64,000 nucleotides of DNA, from NCBI GenBank assembly GCA_010909165.1, contig MU008223.1, positions 1-64,000 of the forward strand, read 5' to 3'. The stretch is from Anthoceros angustus. Taxonomy: Eukaryota > Plantae > Anthocerotophyta. Positions 22,590-35,420 of the stretch are shown here, piece by piece; the first letter of the stretch is position 1; the number at the start of each line of letters is the position of its first letter. The notes under the pieces were generated by a model that was not told where the DNA came from, made no database searches, and was given only the letters and a program-made list of their open reading frames with translations. Made by a program: the position numbers and the translations under genes.

Positions 22590-25500
22590 ACACCATCTTC
22601 CCCGCCTCCATCGCCACTCCATCCGATCCTAGTGGCCTCCACTCTCCGCATACAAAGGGTGACCCTACATAGGTAATACATGTATGTTAAGGTAGTACGT
22701 TGGGTGATAAGGGTGACCCTACATAGGTAGGACAGGGGTCCCGGCATGTATGTAGGTGGGTAGGACAATGCGTGTCTCTACCCATCTAGGGTGTTAACAA
22801 GTAGGGGACAGAGATGTAGGTAGTATGTAGGGCAGCCCTGGTCACCCTACATGGGTAGCATGTAGGGCAGCAAGGGCTCCCTACATTTAGGGTAGTTAGG
22901 TAGGTAGATAGGTAGGATGAGGGTCTCCCACCGGGGAGTGGTGAGGTCTCCCTACCGTAGGGAGTGGTGAGGTCTCACCGAGGGGAGTGGTGAGGTCTCC
23001 CACCGTAGGGAGTGGTGAGGTCTCCCACCGTAGGGAGTGGTGAGGTCTCCCTACGCAGGAGGTGACACCCACATGGGCACCTTGGGCAGCAAGCTTTCCA
23101 GACAGGGGAGGTGGAAATGGTGCCATGGCAAGGAATGAACGGCCTACATCAAGTAGTTTCAATGTCACTACCAAGGGGCCATGTGAGCTTGGTGTGTAGG
23201 AGTGGCACCTAGGCAAGCTTGTGAGGAATCGCGAGGAAGAGCTTGTGCATGCAAGGGGCCAAGCTGCAAGGACGAGGTTGGTTCGGAGGAAGCTGGATGG
23301 ATGTGAAGGGTTTTGAAGGACAAGGAAACCCCAAGCTTATGAAGCACATGGTGGTAGTTTGGAGTGTGAGCTCGTTGGAAATATTGGGCGTGTGTGTGTG
23401 GAGGCTTGCAATAATTGTGGAGAGATGGAGTGCAAACCACGGAAGAGCATGGGTCTCTTCTCCACCAAGCTTTAGATTTCATGATGTTGAGTGTGTGGCT
23501 GGGAGGAGCCACTGTGGAATTAGTGGGAGCACGTTGTGGAGTCAATGCCGAGGCAAGTGGAGGATTTATGGTAGATTGGTTAGGATTTGGAGTGAGAACT
23601 CTTAGGATTTTGGCGCGCAGCTCAGGCTGTTACTTATTGTTAAAATAGGGAGATTGGAGAGTTTTCTAGGCTGATTGTCATGATGACTGAAAGCGAGTGG
23701 GGTAGTGGTTTTAATGCTGGCTTTAGGCGGCTATTAGTTTATAGTGGTTGAGGAAGAACGTAGTGGAAAAGTAAGGGGGGAGGTGTGGCCAAGGGGAGGC
23801 CTTATGTATGAGCCCTATATAAGGGGCAGGTTTTGAGAAGAAAAATATCACGTCTTGCGCTCCCAAACTCGCGAGTCCTTTGCTCCTTGTGAAGGAATTT
23901 CGTGCCGGCTGCAAGCTAACGCATTGTCTGGTAGAGAGGGAGTTTGCGGTGGTCGGAGCGCTTGGCGGAGGGCTTGCTCCTTGCGGGTGCCTCTACGGGT
24001 TGCTCCCCTTGTGAATGGTTGCTGTAAAATTGCTTTGCTTTGGGTGTGTGGCGATGCCCATGGAACTCTCGGCTTGAGGGTAGACTGGGAAAGACTCGGA
24101 GGTTCTCGTGCAAACTCATAGCAACCGCCCAAGGAAGAACTTGCTAGCTTGTAGGCGACCCTGTGTCAGCCATAAGGGCGAGCTAGGGCCAGTGAGCTTG
24201 AAGTAAGGTTAGATTAGGAGGATGAGGAGTTGAGTTGAGGTGAGTGTTGAGGAGAATGTGGAGCTGAATGTTGAGTAGAGGAGTAGGTAGAGATTAGGAG
24301 TAAGAAGAAGGCCCAAGTCAGAGCCTAAGGGAGGGGTCCCAAATCTGCACCAAACCGAGACTAGAAGCTGGGCTAAGGTCTCAAAATCACGGGGTGGAGA
24401 AGTCGCACTGCGCCGTAGGGGGTCCCTATGTGCGTAGGCGATGGACCTACCGCCGTAGGGTGGGACCTACGACTGTAGGATGTCGTTGTAGGTCCAGAGG
24501 ATCCGACGAGAAAAGCGGAGGTGTCGTGGCCGCTGCCAGTGTGGAGTTTTGTGGGCGCCCCAGGTTGTAGTTGGAGCGCCAGGGCCTGGAAGTTGGAGAG
24601 GCCTTGAACTAGGGCGAGGTAACCTATGTCGCGCCAGCGATCCTACCGGTAGGATGCACCTGCGTGCTGGGATAGGGTGTCTCCTCCCACGTAGGAATGA
24701 GGGTGTGCTGGCCCACCTGCACTAGATCTCCTACAACTCCTACAAGTGGTAGGAGGGGCCCTACAATTGTTTGTTGTTGGTTGTAGGTCCCGAGGCGATT
24801 GACGCAACAGGGAGCCAGCGCACGCCAGAGTTGGTGGTTGAGGATGTGCCAATTGTGGGAAGGCAATGGGAAAGGAATAGTGGAAGATCACGGGTGGTCA
24901 CGCTGCAAACGAGGGGGTCCCTATGTGCGAGGCGATGGACCTACGTCAGAGGTGGGACCTACGACTGTAGGATGTCGTTGTAGGTCCAGGAGCGGAGATC
25001 TGACGGAGCAGTGCGGAGGTGTCGTGGCTGCTGCCAGTGTGGAGTTTTGTGGGCGCGCCAGGTTGTAGTTGGAGCGCCAGGGCCTGGAAGTTGGAGAGGC
25101 CTTGAACTAGGGCGAGGTAACCTATGCTGCGCCGCCAGGTGCGACCCTACCGGTGGTAGGATGCGCCCCTGCGTGCGTTGGGATAGGGTGTCTCCTCCCC
25201 ACGTAGGAATGAGGGTGTGCTGCCCACCAGCACTAGATCTCCTACAACTCTCCTACAAGTGGTAGGAGGGGTAGGCCCTACAATTGTTTGTTGTTGGTTG
25301 TAGGTCCTGAGGCGGCGATTCGACGGAGCAGTGCGGGAGCGGCGCGGCTGCTGTCAGAGTTGGTGGTTGAGGATGTGCCAATTGTGGGAAGGCGATGGGA
25401 AAGGAATAGTGGAAGATCACGGGGTGGTGAAGTCGCGTTGCAACGTAGGGGGTCCCTACGTGTGTAGCCTGCTGACCTACTGCCGTAGGGTGTGGACCTA

Positions 25501-25766
25501 CAGTCGTAGGGTGTCGTTGTAGGTCCAGAAGTGGTGATTGACGGAGCAGCACGGTGAGGCGTGGCTGCTGTCTGTGGAGTGAGTTGAGGTTGCTCCAGCT
25601 GTATGAGGGAGCTTGGGGGTGTGAAGAGGTGTGTGGTTTGTGCCTTGGATGCTGGTGACCTGACAAACAAGAGTCTCATGGGACGAAACCTATTGTACTT
25701 AGCGACAGTGGGATAAGTGTGGCCACTAGAGGGTGAATCTCGGAAGCCCCGGGTTTTCCTCCCACA
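22590..25766 (-). mobile_element. Long GTGGGAG-family element segment (minisatellite, degenerate ORF, ~500-bp internal repeats)
   Basis: Ends ...CCTCCCACA at 25766. About 24090-24350 is homologous (inverted) to about 38870-39140. Internal repeats at about 24390-24890, 24890-25420 and 25420-25560. Duplicate at about 60300-64000. No pol domain is visible. Confidence 0.55.
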
Positions 25767-26556
25767 AATGCCTTGAAAGAACTTGGTGAGGCACATCCGG
25801 TTATCGTTGAGTGCGGTTCCCCTCCCCTCGTGATGCCGAGTCAACTATACCTTGACGAGTATGGAACTCCGCATTTTAGCACAAGAACGAAGATCGAAAT
25901 CAACTTCAACAATGCAAGAGTGCATACCACCAGCCCGAGAATTCATGACCAAAAATTTCATATCGAAATTTGAAGAATCCACAATTAGAGACCAAATTGC
26001 AGCTTTGTACGCTATCAATTCAAACGATGAAGGGAATTTTCAGCTACATCAATTCCTTCTTTGATCAATATTACATCCGCTCGAGTTGAAGTCATAATTT
26101 CTCGCTTGTGCACATGCCAAGATCTCTTCCGTTACAAGACATGGAGAAAGAAAAGACGCAGACACATGGCGCTTCGACATTGATCGGGAATTCAACGCAT
26201 TACGAGTTGCTGCGCTCCATGGATCTTACCTCTTCAACCACGAGCTTGGGGCACCACGGCATGCTCGTACGACGCTTGTGGCGTTAACTACATGCATTCT
26301 AGTTGCTACTCAATTCAATTATTAGTTTCCTTGCCACATGAGTTTTAACCCTAATTCAAAAACCATAACTAGAGTTCACATTAGGGTTAGTTTTTCACAT
26401 GCTTACCACACGACTTCGCTTGCTTTTCTCTTGTGCACTTGCATGGTCTCCCCTTCCTGTAATGCCCATCATGGCAGCCTCAACTTCATCTTCCACTATG
26501 CCATCACCACACAACCTCCCTACCTGTCCCTCCGGCTCCACCCCGCATTCACCTCG

Positions 26557-28432
26557 AGTTAAAGGAGCGTGATCAATTCAATGGAACAAAATTTGACATT
26601 TGGAGAGTTAGGATGAAATCTACCACAGTTGCAAGAGGAGTTTGGGAAGTTGTTGGTGGGGCCTTGCCGATCCTCGGTACACCACAACCCCACCACCGCT
26701 GGTGTCAGTAGTTGCACAAAAGGTCCGATGGGATAAGTGTGGCCACTAGAGGGTGAATCTAAGCCCCGGGTTTCCTCCCACAAATGCCTTGAAAGAACTT
26801 GGTGAGGCACATCCGGTTATCGTTGAGTGCGGTTCCCCTCGTGTGCCCCCTCGAGTCAACTATACCTTGACGAGTATGGAACTAAGCGCCGCGCATTTTA
26901 GCACAAGAACGAAGGCGGTATCGAAATCAACTTCAACAATGCAAGGAAGACTGCAGCTACCCAGCCAGCCCGAGAATTCATGACCGAAAATTTCATATCG
27001 AAATTTGAAGAATCCACAATTACAGACCAAATTGCACAGTTTGTACGCTATCAATTCAAACGATGAAGGGGAATTTTCAGCTACATCAATTCCTTCTTTG
27101 ATCAATATTACATCTGCCCGAGTTGAAGTCATAATTTATGCACATGCCAAGATCTCTTCTGCGTTACAAGACATGGAGAAAAGCGTGCAGCATGCTGCGC
27201 TGACATTGATCGACATGATTTTGCATAGTTGCTGCGCTCCATGGATCTTACCTCTTCAACCACGCAGCTTGGGGCACCACGCGTTTGTTCACGACGCTGG
27301 CGCTTAACTACATGCATTCTTTTCTATTGGCTGGGCGCTTATTAGTTTCCTTGCCACATGAGTTTAACCCTAATTCAAAAACCATAACTAGAGTTCACAT
27401 TAGGGTTAGTTTTTTCACACGCTTACCACACGACTTCTGCTTGCTTTTTCTCTTGTGCACTTGCATGGTCTCCCCTTACTGTAACAGCCATCATGGCAGC
27501 CTCAACTTCATCTTCCACTATGCCATCACCACACAACCTCCCTACCTGTCCCTCCGGCTCCACCGCATTCACCTCGAGTTAAAGGAGCGTGATCAATTCA
27601 ATGGAACAAAATTTGACATTTGGAGAGTTAGGATGAAATCTACCACAGTTGCAAGAGGAGTTTGGGAAGTTGTTGGTGGGGCCTTGCCGATCCTCGGTAC
27701 ACCACAACCCCACCACCGCTGGTGTCAGTAGTTGCACAAAAGGTCCGATGGGATCAACTTAATAAGATTGTGCCGCCTTGCTCATTGCTAGACTTGATGC
27801 CGATCTCGTCCTCAAGTGGAGTTTCTTAGCAATGCACATGAGATCCGGAGTCAACTCATCGAGACATACAAGGTTCAAAATATGATGACCCCTGTGCCGC
27901 TCGACAAGAGTTCTACAATCTCAAGTTGAAAGAAGGAGAACTCACACCACATTTATCAAGAAATTCCGCACTTACGTGCCCACCGACTTTGGCAGCACCA
28001 TGCAAGAGGTCGATGTAGTGGCCCGCCTCGAGTAAAACGATCAAGATCTCACGGTGCAAGGAAAGGGAAGGCAAGCATGCGTAGGAAGGAAAAGAACAAC
28101 GTTATCTCACACTAGAGCACATATACATAAGAGTGTGTTGCACAAAAGGGCGATGGATCAACTTAAAGATGCCGCCGCCTTGCTCATTGCTAGACTTGAT
28201 GATCTCGTCCCCTCAAGTGGAGTTTCTTAGCAATGCACATGAGATCTGGAGTCAACTCATCGAGACATACAAGGTTCAAAATATGATGACCCCTGTGTGC
28301 CCGACAAGAGTTCTACAATCTCAAGTTGAAAGAAGGAGAACCACCACATTTATCAAGAAATTCCGCACTTACGTGCAGCCTGACTTCCTTGGCAGCACCA
28401 TGCAAGAGGTCGATGTAGTGGCCCGCCTCGAG
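26557..28432 (+). pseudogene. Copia gag fragments (tandemly duplicated)
   Basis: ELKERDQFNGTKFDIWRVRMKS...RGVWEVVGG at about 26557 and 27577. NAHEIWSQLIETYK and QEVDVVARL each occur twice. Confidence 0.8.
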
Positions 28433-28649
28433 TAAAACGATCGAAGATCTCACACGGCGGTGCAAGGAAAGGGAAGAAGGCAAGCATGCGGTAGGAAGGA
28501 AAAACAGAACAACGGTTATCTCACACTAGAGCACATATACATAAGAGTGTGTAGCATATGTAACAAATAATGAACATAAGTCTATATAATTGTAACCCTA
28601 AGTGAACTTAAGGTAGAAAAGTATTGGGGTTTCCTTTACTCCCTCTTAG
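28433..28649 (-). mobile_element. Copia-type 3' LTR (TA...TA) plus PPT
   Basis: Minus strand reads CTAAGAGGGAG|TAAAGGAAAC, matching the PPT and LTR start of the 8299-14282 element. The other end ...GTTTTA coincides with the break in the gag frame. Confidence 0.6.
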
Positions 28650-29119
28650 ACGGAATGTTTAGATATTTAATTAAGGAAACACGAGGAACATCAAGGCATC
28701 ACGCCAAGATGGTAACACGGGCTTCTCACTCAAGCATCATTGCACATGAACCTTTTCGTTCAGCTCCCTCTTACACTCCACTCCCGCTCCTTTCTATATC
28801 AGGCGCAAATGGACAATCTCTATCTCTACACTAGTCTCCTTACTTGCGATTTGTCATCTTCATCTGTAGAGTCCGGATAGGCCTCTGCGCTCCTGCCTCA
28901 TTGTTGTGTGCTCATGACTCCACTGCGTGGCATGGAGTGTCTGCCGTGGAAGGCAAGGTCGGTCAGGTCATCGAATTATTTCAATACCATTTTCAGCTCT
29001 CATCTCAAGGTATCACATTCCCATTCCGTGAGAGCTATGTTTATTGGTCACATTACGGAGAGTTGGGACACCTTTAAATGCACTCGAGTAATTCGCCCTA
29101 GTGGCCTTACCATTGTAAA

Positions 29120-32100
29120 TGTAGAAGGTAGCAACCGAGGAGGTGAGCAGAAAAATATGGAACCTTCCAAAGGTTCCGTGCCCTCATAGTGAGAGGGAGG
29201 TCCACTGCGAAGGGAAGCAACCGGACGAGCTTTTCTCGTAGCAAATCTCGTAGTCGTAATCAAGAATGTGGAGTGTCACTATTGTCAAAAGGGTCACTTC
29301 AAAAGAGAGTGCGAGAAGTTCAAAAGGACCAAGGAAAAGAGAAGAAGCGGGGACGACAAGAAGGACTTAATGTCAGTTGGAAGAGTTAAATTCGTTGAGG
29401 ACGGAGATGTCCTTATCTCTTCTTACTTGAATCTGCATTAACGTAGTGGATAGTCATTTATTCGCAATTGGATAATTGACTCTGCATCTTTCCATGTTAC
29501 TCCTCTCGTAGTGTTAGATATTTAATTAAGAAACACGAGGAACATCAAGGCATCACGCCAAGATGGTAACACGGGCTTCTCACTCAAGCATCATTGCACA
29601 TGAACCTTTACGGGCTCCCTCTTACACTCCACTCCCGCCAGCTCCTTTCTATATCATGGCGCAAATGGACAATCTCTATCTCTACACTAGTCTCCTTACT
29701 TGCGCCTCATCTTGTCATCTTCATGAGAGTCGGATAGGCCTCTTGCCCTGCTCTCATTGTTGTGTGCTCATGACTCCACTGCGTGGCATGGAGTCTGACC
29801 GTGGAAGGCGTGGTCACCGATCATCCAATTATTTCAATACCATTTTCAGCCGCCTCATCTCAAGGTATCACATTCCTGCATTCCGTGAGAGCTATGTTTT
29901 GGTCACATTACGAGAGTTGGGACACCTTCGTGACACGAGTAATTCTCGCCTAGTGGCCTTACCATTGTAAATGTAGAAGGTAGCGCGTTAACGAGGAGGT
30001 GAACAGAAAAATATGGAACCTTCCAAAGGTTCCAAAGGCCTCATAGTAAGAGGGAGGTCCACCGCGAAGGGAAGCAACCGGACGTGTTTTCTCGTAGCAA
30101 ATCTCGTAGTCGAATAAGAATGTGGAGTGTCACTATTGTCACAAAAGGGTCACTTCAAAAGAGAGTGCGAAAGTTCAAAAGGACCAAGGAAAAGAGAAGA
30201 AGCAGACGAAGCGACGAAGAAAGTTGGAAGAGTTAAATCGCTGAGGAGAGATGTCTCTTCTTACTTGAATGTCGCACAATTAATGCCGTGGATAGTCATT
30301 TATTCGCAATTGATAATTGACTCGTGCATCTTTCCATGTTACCTCATAGAGAGTGGTTTAGCACGATGATGCTACAAGGAAAGGATGTTAGGCTTGGAAA
30401 TAACTATGCATGCCGATCGCAGCGTGATGTGCAACTCAAGTTTGACAACGGATCTTCATTCATGTCAAGGACGCATGTTCAAGTTGACAAAAGCATGATT
30501 AGCGCAGATGCTTGGATGATGCTGTTACCACCGGTTTTGGGGATCACTCTTGGAAGATCTCCAAAGGTTCTCTTGTGTTAGCTCGTGGATCAAGTGTGGC
30601 ACTTTGTACTCACTTGTGTAAACACTAAAGATCATATGATCTGTGTGATGAGCAGCCAAATGTTTCCTTGTGGCATTGCTTGCTAGGACATATGTCTCAT
30701 AAGGGAATGAAGGTTTTATCTCGCTCGTTATATCCTCGTTTAACTTCCGATCTCTCGATGTGTGAGCACTGCTTATATGGGAAATGTAAAAATCATCACA
30801 TCGAACAAGAGGTAAAGGTAGAAGTAAACCTCTTGAGTTGGTTCACAGTGATGTATGTGGACCTATGCTCATCGAATCATTAGGCGGTGCCTCCTATTTT
30901 GTCACTTTCATAGATGATTTCTCACGCAAGGTGTGGGTTTATCCTTTGAGGAAAAAGGATGAAGTTCGACTTGTTTCGTAAATTTGTCACCCTTGTAGAG
31001 AATCACGCCACCGATGTGTCTAAGGACGTATAATGGTGGAGAGTAGTTTTCGAAAGTTTTCCAGCCATTCGTGATTCCAAGGGAATCAAAAGAGAATTGA
31101 TACCAGATATTCCTCCACAAAATGGTGTGGTCGAGCGGATGAATGTAACCATTCTGAGAGGATGCGAGTTTGTTGTCAAACTCGATTGCCTAATGGGTTT
31201 TGGGCGTAAGCGTTCATCGCAATTCATCTTATTAATGATCTCCTAATAAGGTCTTTGATGAGGAGCTATGGTCCGAAAGAAACCATCCTACAAGCATCCG
31301 CGAGTGTTTGTGAGGCATACCGCCATGTTCCAAAAGAGTTTCGGACAAGTTGGCACCTAAGTCCAAGAAATGTATTTTTCTTGGCTATGGTGATTCCGTG
31401 AGATGGGATACCGCTTGTGGGATCCAAGCTAGAAAGGTTGTTCAGACGACGTGTTCTTCAATGAGAACAAGATGCACAGAAGCCTACTCCAACCGTGGAG
31501 GTGCGAAGGGTGATCTTCCAAGAAGATGGACATGATCATCATGGTTGATAACCGTGGTAATGTGAGCACATTCCTCCACCGTAGATGAACCAAGAGTCGA
31601 ACAAGCTCCTATAGAGGTGCCTGGTCAGAGGTCGTGCAGATTACACGACCTCCGATGTATGATCCATCTCGGATTATGTCATGCCGACAGATTGGGGAAC
31701 CCTCTTCTTACAAAGAGGCCATGTCAATGAGTAACAAACAAGTGGGAGAAGGCCATGCATGTAAATGAATTGCATAAGAACCAAACTTGGGAGTTGGTTA
31801 TTGCAGGATAAGAAGGCCTACCGCAAATGGGTGTACAAGATGAAGGTCAAGCTTGATGGCAAACCAAAGTACAAGGCACGATTGGTTGCTAAGGGTTTCA
31901 AGCAACAGGCATTGACTTTGATGAGATTTTCTCACCAGAGTCAAAATGACAACTTTGCGATGTGTTCTTGCTTTGGTTGCGGAATGATATGGAACTTGTA
32001 TGATGGATGTCAAGACGGCATTCTTGCATGGTGACCTTCAAGAGGACGTCTACATGCAAAGAACAAGGTTTTGTTGAGAAGGGCAAAGAGAATCGGTGTG

Positions 32101-33455
32101 CAGGGAAGAGCCTTTATGGTTTGAAGAACGCAGAGTGGTATCACAAGTTCCACTCATTTATGCTTTCTCAAGGCTACAAAAGCGATGAGGATCATTGCCT
32201 CTATAGGCAAGCTAAGGATCAAAGCTTGCTCATTTTGATCCTCTATGGATGATATGCTAATTGGAAACAAGATCGATGAGATTTCAGTTGAAGTCAAAGT
32301 TGAATGCTCACTTTGAAATGACGGGAGAGGCGAGCCATATACTTGGCATGCGATTCGTCGAATGACATATAAGCGCCCCGCTTTATTTGTCTCGCATTTT
32401 AATACATTAACAGGTGCTTCAACGCTTCAACATGGAGAAGGGAAACCATTGGGTACCCATTGCCTCCATATGTGAAACTTTCGCGAGGATTGCCCAAGCT
32501 CGAGGAGGACAAAGTCGAAATGGAGAAGGTCCCATACTCATCACCGTAGGGAGTTTGATGTATGCAATGATTGCTACACGCCCGACATTGCCTTTGCGGG
32601 GAGTGGTTAGTGTGTTTATGTCAAACCTCGCAAGAAGCATTGGGAGGCGAAAAGGAGTTATGAGGTATCCGAATGGTACAAAAGCTTTGTGCATATGTTT
32701 TGGTAGTGAAGATGCATGTGGTTGGGTACACGATGCCGATTATGCAGGGATATGGACAAAAGGAGGTCCACATCGTTATGTCTTCACGCACCGGAGGGGC
32801 GCCTCATGGCGATCTCGCTTGCAACGTGCATTACGCTATCTACCACAGAGGCCGAGTATGTTGCAAAGAATCGAGGCTTGCAAGGAAGCCATATGGCTTG
32901 CCTGCTTAGTGGGAGACTTGGGGATCAAGGTTGAGTCGCCGTTGCATTGTGATAGCCGTGAGTGCTATCCAATTGGCAAAGAATCCAAAGGTTTCATGCG
33001 AAGACTAAACATGTGGATGTGAAGTATCACTTCATTCGAGAGGTGTTGGATGACAAGAGGGTACAACTTGTCAAGGTTCACACCACCTTAACCCCGCAGA
33101 TATTCTTACCAAGGGATTCTACGAGCAATTTGCAAGCTGGACATCGATGGGCATGAGGTAGTCCATTCTTCACGAAGGTAAAATTGGCCTTTAAGTGGGA
33201 GGTTGTAAGGGTATTAAAGCTCAATGTACTTGGACTAATACGCTTAGTCTAAGTTAGGTGTCATTAGTTTAGTTGAAGCTAATAACTAGGAAGCTTCTTG
33301 CGCTGTTTCCTAGGGGCTTCTTGTGGAGCTTCCTAGGGAGCCCTGCTGGAGGGTATAAATATCCCCAGAGTCCTCATCTCAATGTGAGAGATACATTTGC
33401 TTCCTCCTCTCCTCTCCTCTTTCCACCATCATGGGCTGCCACACATCCTTCACTA
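29120..33455 (+). mobile_element. Degenerate Ty1/copia (Tnt1/Tork-like) polyprotein with PPT and partial 3' LTR
   Basis: Zinc knuckle (CHYC..KGHFKREC), protease (IIDS.ASFH), WHCLLGHMS, integrase (VHSDVCGP; PKSKKCIFLGYGD), RT (YKARLVAKGF, VGSLMYAM), RNase H (HAKTKHVDVKYHFIRE). PPT AAGTGGGAG, LTR starting TGTAAGG at 33204. Confidence 0.92.
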
Positions 33456-34715
33456 GGAGTCCATATTGCGCTGCAAGTGCCAGAAGTATTCTTACAGATG
33501 TGGCTTTGACACCTGGGGAAAATGTCTCATTATAGTCCAGGCCTTCAACCTGAATGTATCCCCTGGCTACTAGACGAGCCTTGTATTTGCCTATTGTGCC
33601 ATCTGTGTTCAACTTCTTCTTGAAAAACCATTTACACGAAACAGGCTTCCTACCAGGTGGTAAATCAACTAAAGACCAAGTTTGGTTGGCTATAAGGGAG
33701 TTGTACTCAAATTCTATGGCAAGCTGTTCTACTTGTGGCCAAGTGCTTCTAGATATGTGGCAGGTTCTCCTAGAGAGGGTGCTACGCTGAAAACAGCTTG
33801 ATGTGGTCTCCTTCTAGTAGTTAAACCAGCGACAAAGGGAGGTTTTGTCCAGTCACTCATAGGACGTCTAAGTCTAGAAGAGCGTTGTAATACAGGCGAA
33901 GCAGGTTGTTCAGGTACTGGGTCAAGGTCAGAAGTTGGACCTGGTGACTGAGGATCAAGGAGAGGTGATACAGGTGATGTGGCAGGTTCTGGTTCATCGG
34001 GTCCTGCAGAACCAGAATCAAGAATAACTGCATCAGAGGTGAGTGGAGAAAACTCATCTGAAGGTAATGGATGGTCCTTGATAGGTGATGGAATTGACTG
34101 TGGCTGCAGTGGTGACGGAATGGATGCAGGTAAAATTGATAATGGTGATGTGCTGCCCCCCGAAGCCGATGAAGAGGAACCTCAAGAATCTGGCTCATAA
34201 ATGTCTGAAGACAGAAAGATCAGTATCCTCAAAAACATCAACAGAGTCATCAATGCCATGAATAGAGGGAGCAGTCAAAGGAGCATCCAGCATAAGAGCA
34301 GCATGGTGACGGCGGAGAAGAGCATCTTCATGAAATACAACACTTCAAGCAAAGGATAACTGGCGTGTGCCAGGGTCAAACAACTTGTATCCTTTAACAT
34401 CATCTGAATAGCCAACAAATATACTTCTAACTGCCTTCGGGTCAAGCTTAGCACGCAGAGCAGAAGGGACCAAAGCATATGCCGGGGCTCCAAAAATTCG
34501 TAAATGAGTGATTCGAGGCTTCTTACCATTCCACCTCTCATAGGGGGTTACCAAGCCAAGTTCCTTGGTAGGAAGTCGATTCAGACATAATTTGCATGTG
34601 AGAGCCTCTCGCCTAATAACCACAAAGTTAAACCGCAAATGATAGACTAGACAAGGTTGCCTCTCAAGAGTTCGATTCTTTCTCTTAGCAAAAGCATTCT
34701 GCGGTGGGTGTAGGT
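33456..34715 (-). mobile_element. Copia internal fragment (integrase C-terminus to RT N-terminus), relative of the 8299-14282 family
   Basis: NRLPTKELGLVTPYERWNGKKPRITHLRIFGAPAYAL is nearly identical to ORF 10275-10907. Also YKARLVARGYIQVEGLDYNETFSP. Confidence 0.9.
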
Positions 34716-34719
34716 GTAG

Positions 34720-35419
34720 ATCACAATGTGATAGCGGATGTGAGGAAGAAGATGACGCTCATTGAACAAGTTAGCTATGTGAAAGACGAGCCGAGATCTT
34801 GAAGAGCCGTGGCATCTCAAAGCCGCTTTTGACCTGGAAGTGGGATCTGACAGTTCTTTGGGGCTTGTGGAGCATGCTAGTACCGGCGCGCTGCGGAGTG
34901 TGAAGCAAAAAGGTTGACGAAGACATTGATACTCCGCATTGCAAAGTGCTGGTCTGGTTTGGTCAAATGTGAATGAGATATTCACAAGATGGGAGAAGTT
35001 GGAATTTTTGAGCAAAAGCACCAAGTGTGGCTGGGTGTCTAAACGCAAAAGCCCCAGCAAAACCTCGATAGGAAGAGCAATCAGAAGCTGCGTGCAAGCG
35101 GGACAAAAGACATATGTGGCAAGATGTTTAGGTGCTCTGTGGAGTTCCGGATGGGGAAGTAGGGAGAAAATGTTATTGGTTAACGGAGAAAGTCATCCAG
35201 GGCACTTGGACTTGAAAGGCATGTATCGAGGTGCAAGGAAGAAGCATCTCCATCGTAATTGACCATGGCTAAGCACCTAAGTTGCAACGCTTATGAAGTA
35301 CAGCAAAAGTATCCGCACGAGATGATGATGTCGCCAAGTTTCAAAGCTGCTTTGAGATTGTGGTGTTATTGTTCATGCTTTGTGCTCCTCATACCGTGCC
35401 CGCACGATTCACCCTTTGG
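34720..35419 (+). pseudogene. Additional fragment of the ParB-MTase gene (ParB C-terminal part and linker)
   Basis: Aligns to about 15090-15790 and 49960-50665 (GLVWSNVNEIFTRWEKLE). Ends at the N at 35420. Confidence 0.85.
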
Positions 35420-35420
35420 N
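35420..35420. other. Assembly gap / ambiguous base
   Basis: Single N. The repeat homology stops abruptly at it. Confidence 0.9.

Larger units (their letters stand above)
1932..25640 (+). repeat. Large direct (segmental) duplication, copy 1
   Basis: Colinear with 42601-64000 from the shared GCAGCATGCTCCTCC onward: copia RT remnant, LTR, ParB-MTase gene, LTR+PBS, RNase H remnant, minisatellite. Differs by the 8299-14282 insertion and by local duplications. Confidence 0.9.

Noticed and set aside
25655-25725. Hammerhead-ribozyme-like GAGTCTCATGGGACGAAAC (stem II + GAAA) in the GTGGGAG-family block, also at about 460-490, 5395-5420, 38575-38600 and 46155-46185
   Set aside because: The CUGANGA core is absent in all copies (CACAAG or ACAAGA instead), and I found no consistent stem I/III with an NUH cleavage site. 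CTG-specific assembly errors could hide the core, so an Infernal search on polished sequence is worthwhile, but it is not supportable now.
27005-27307. ORF with a HEAT/Ipi1-like or LINE-like flavour (AHAKISSALQDMEKSVQHAALTLIDMIL)
   Set aside because: The resemblance is too weak to assign without a search, and the tandem copy is frameshifted.
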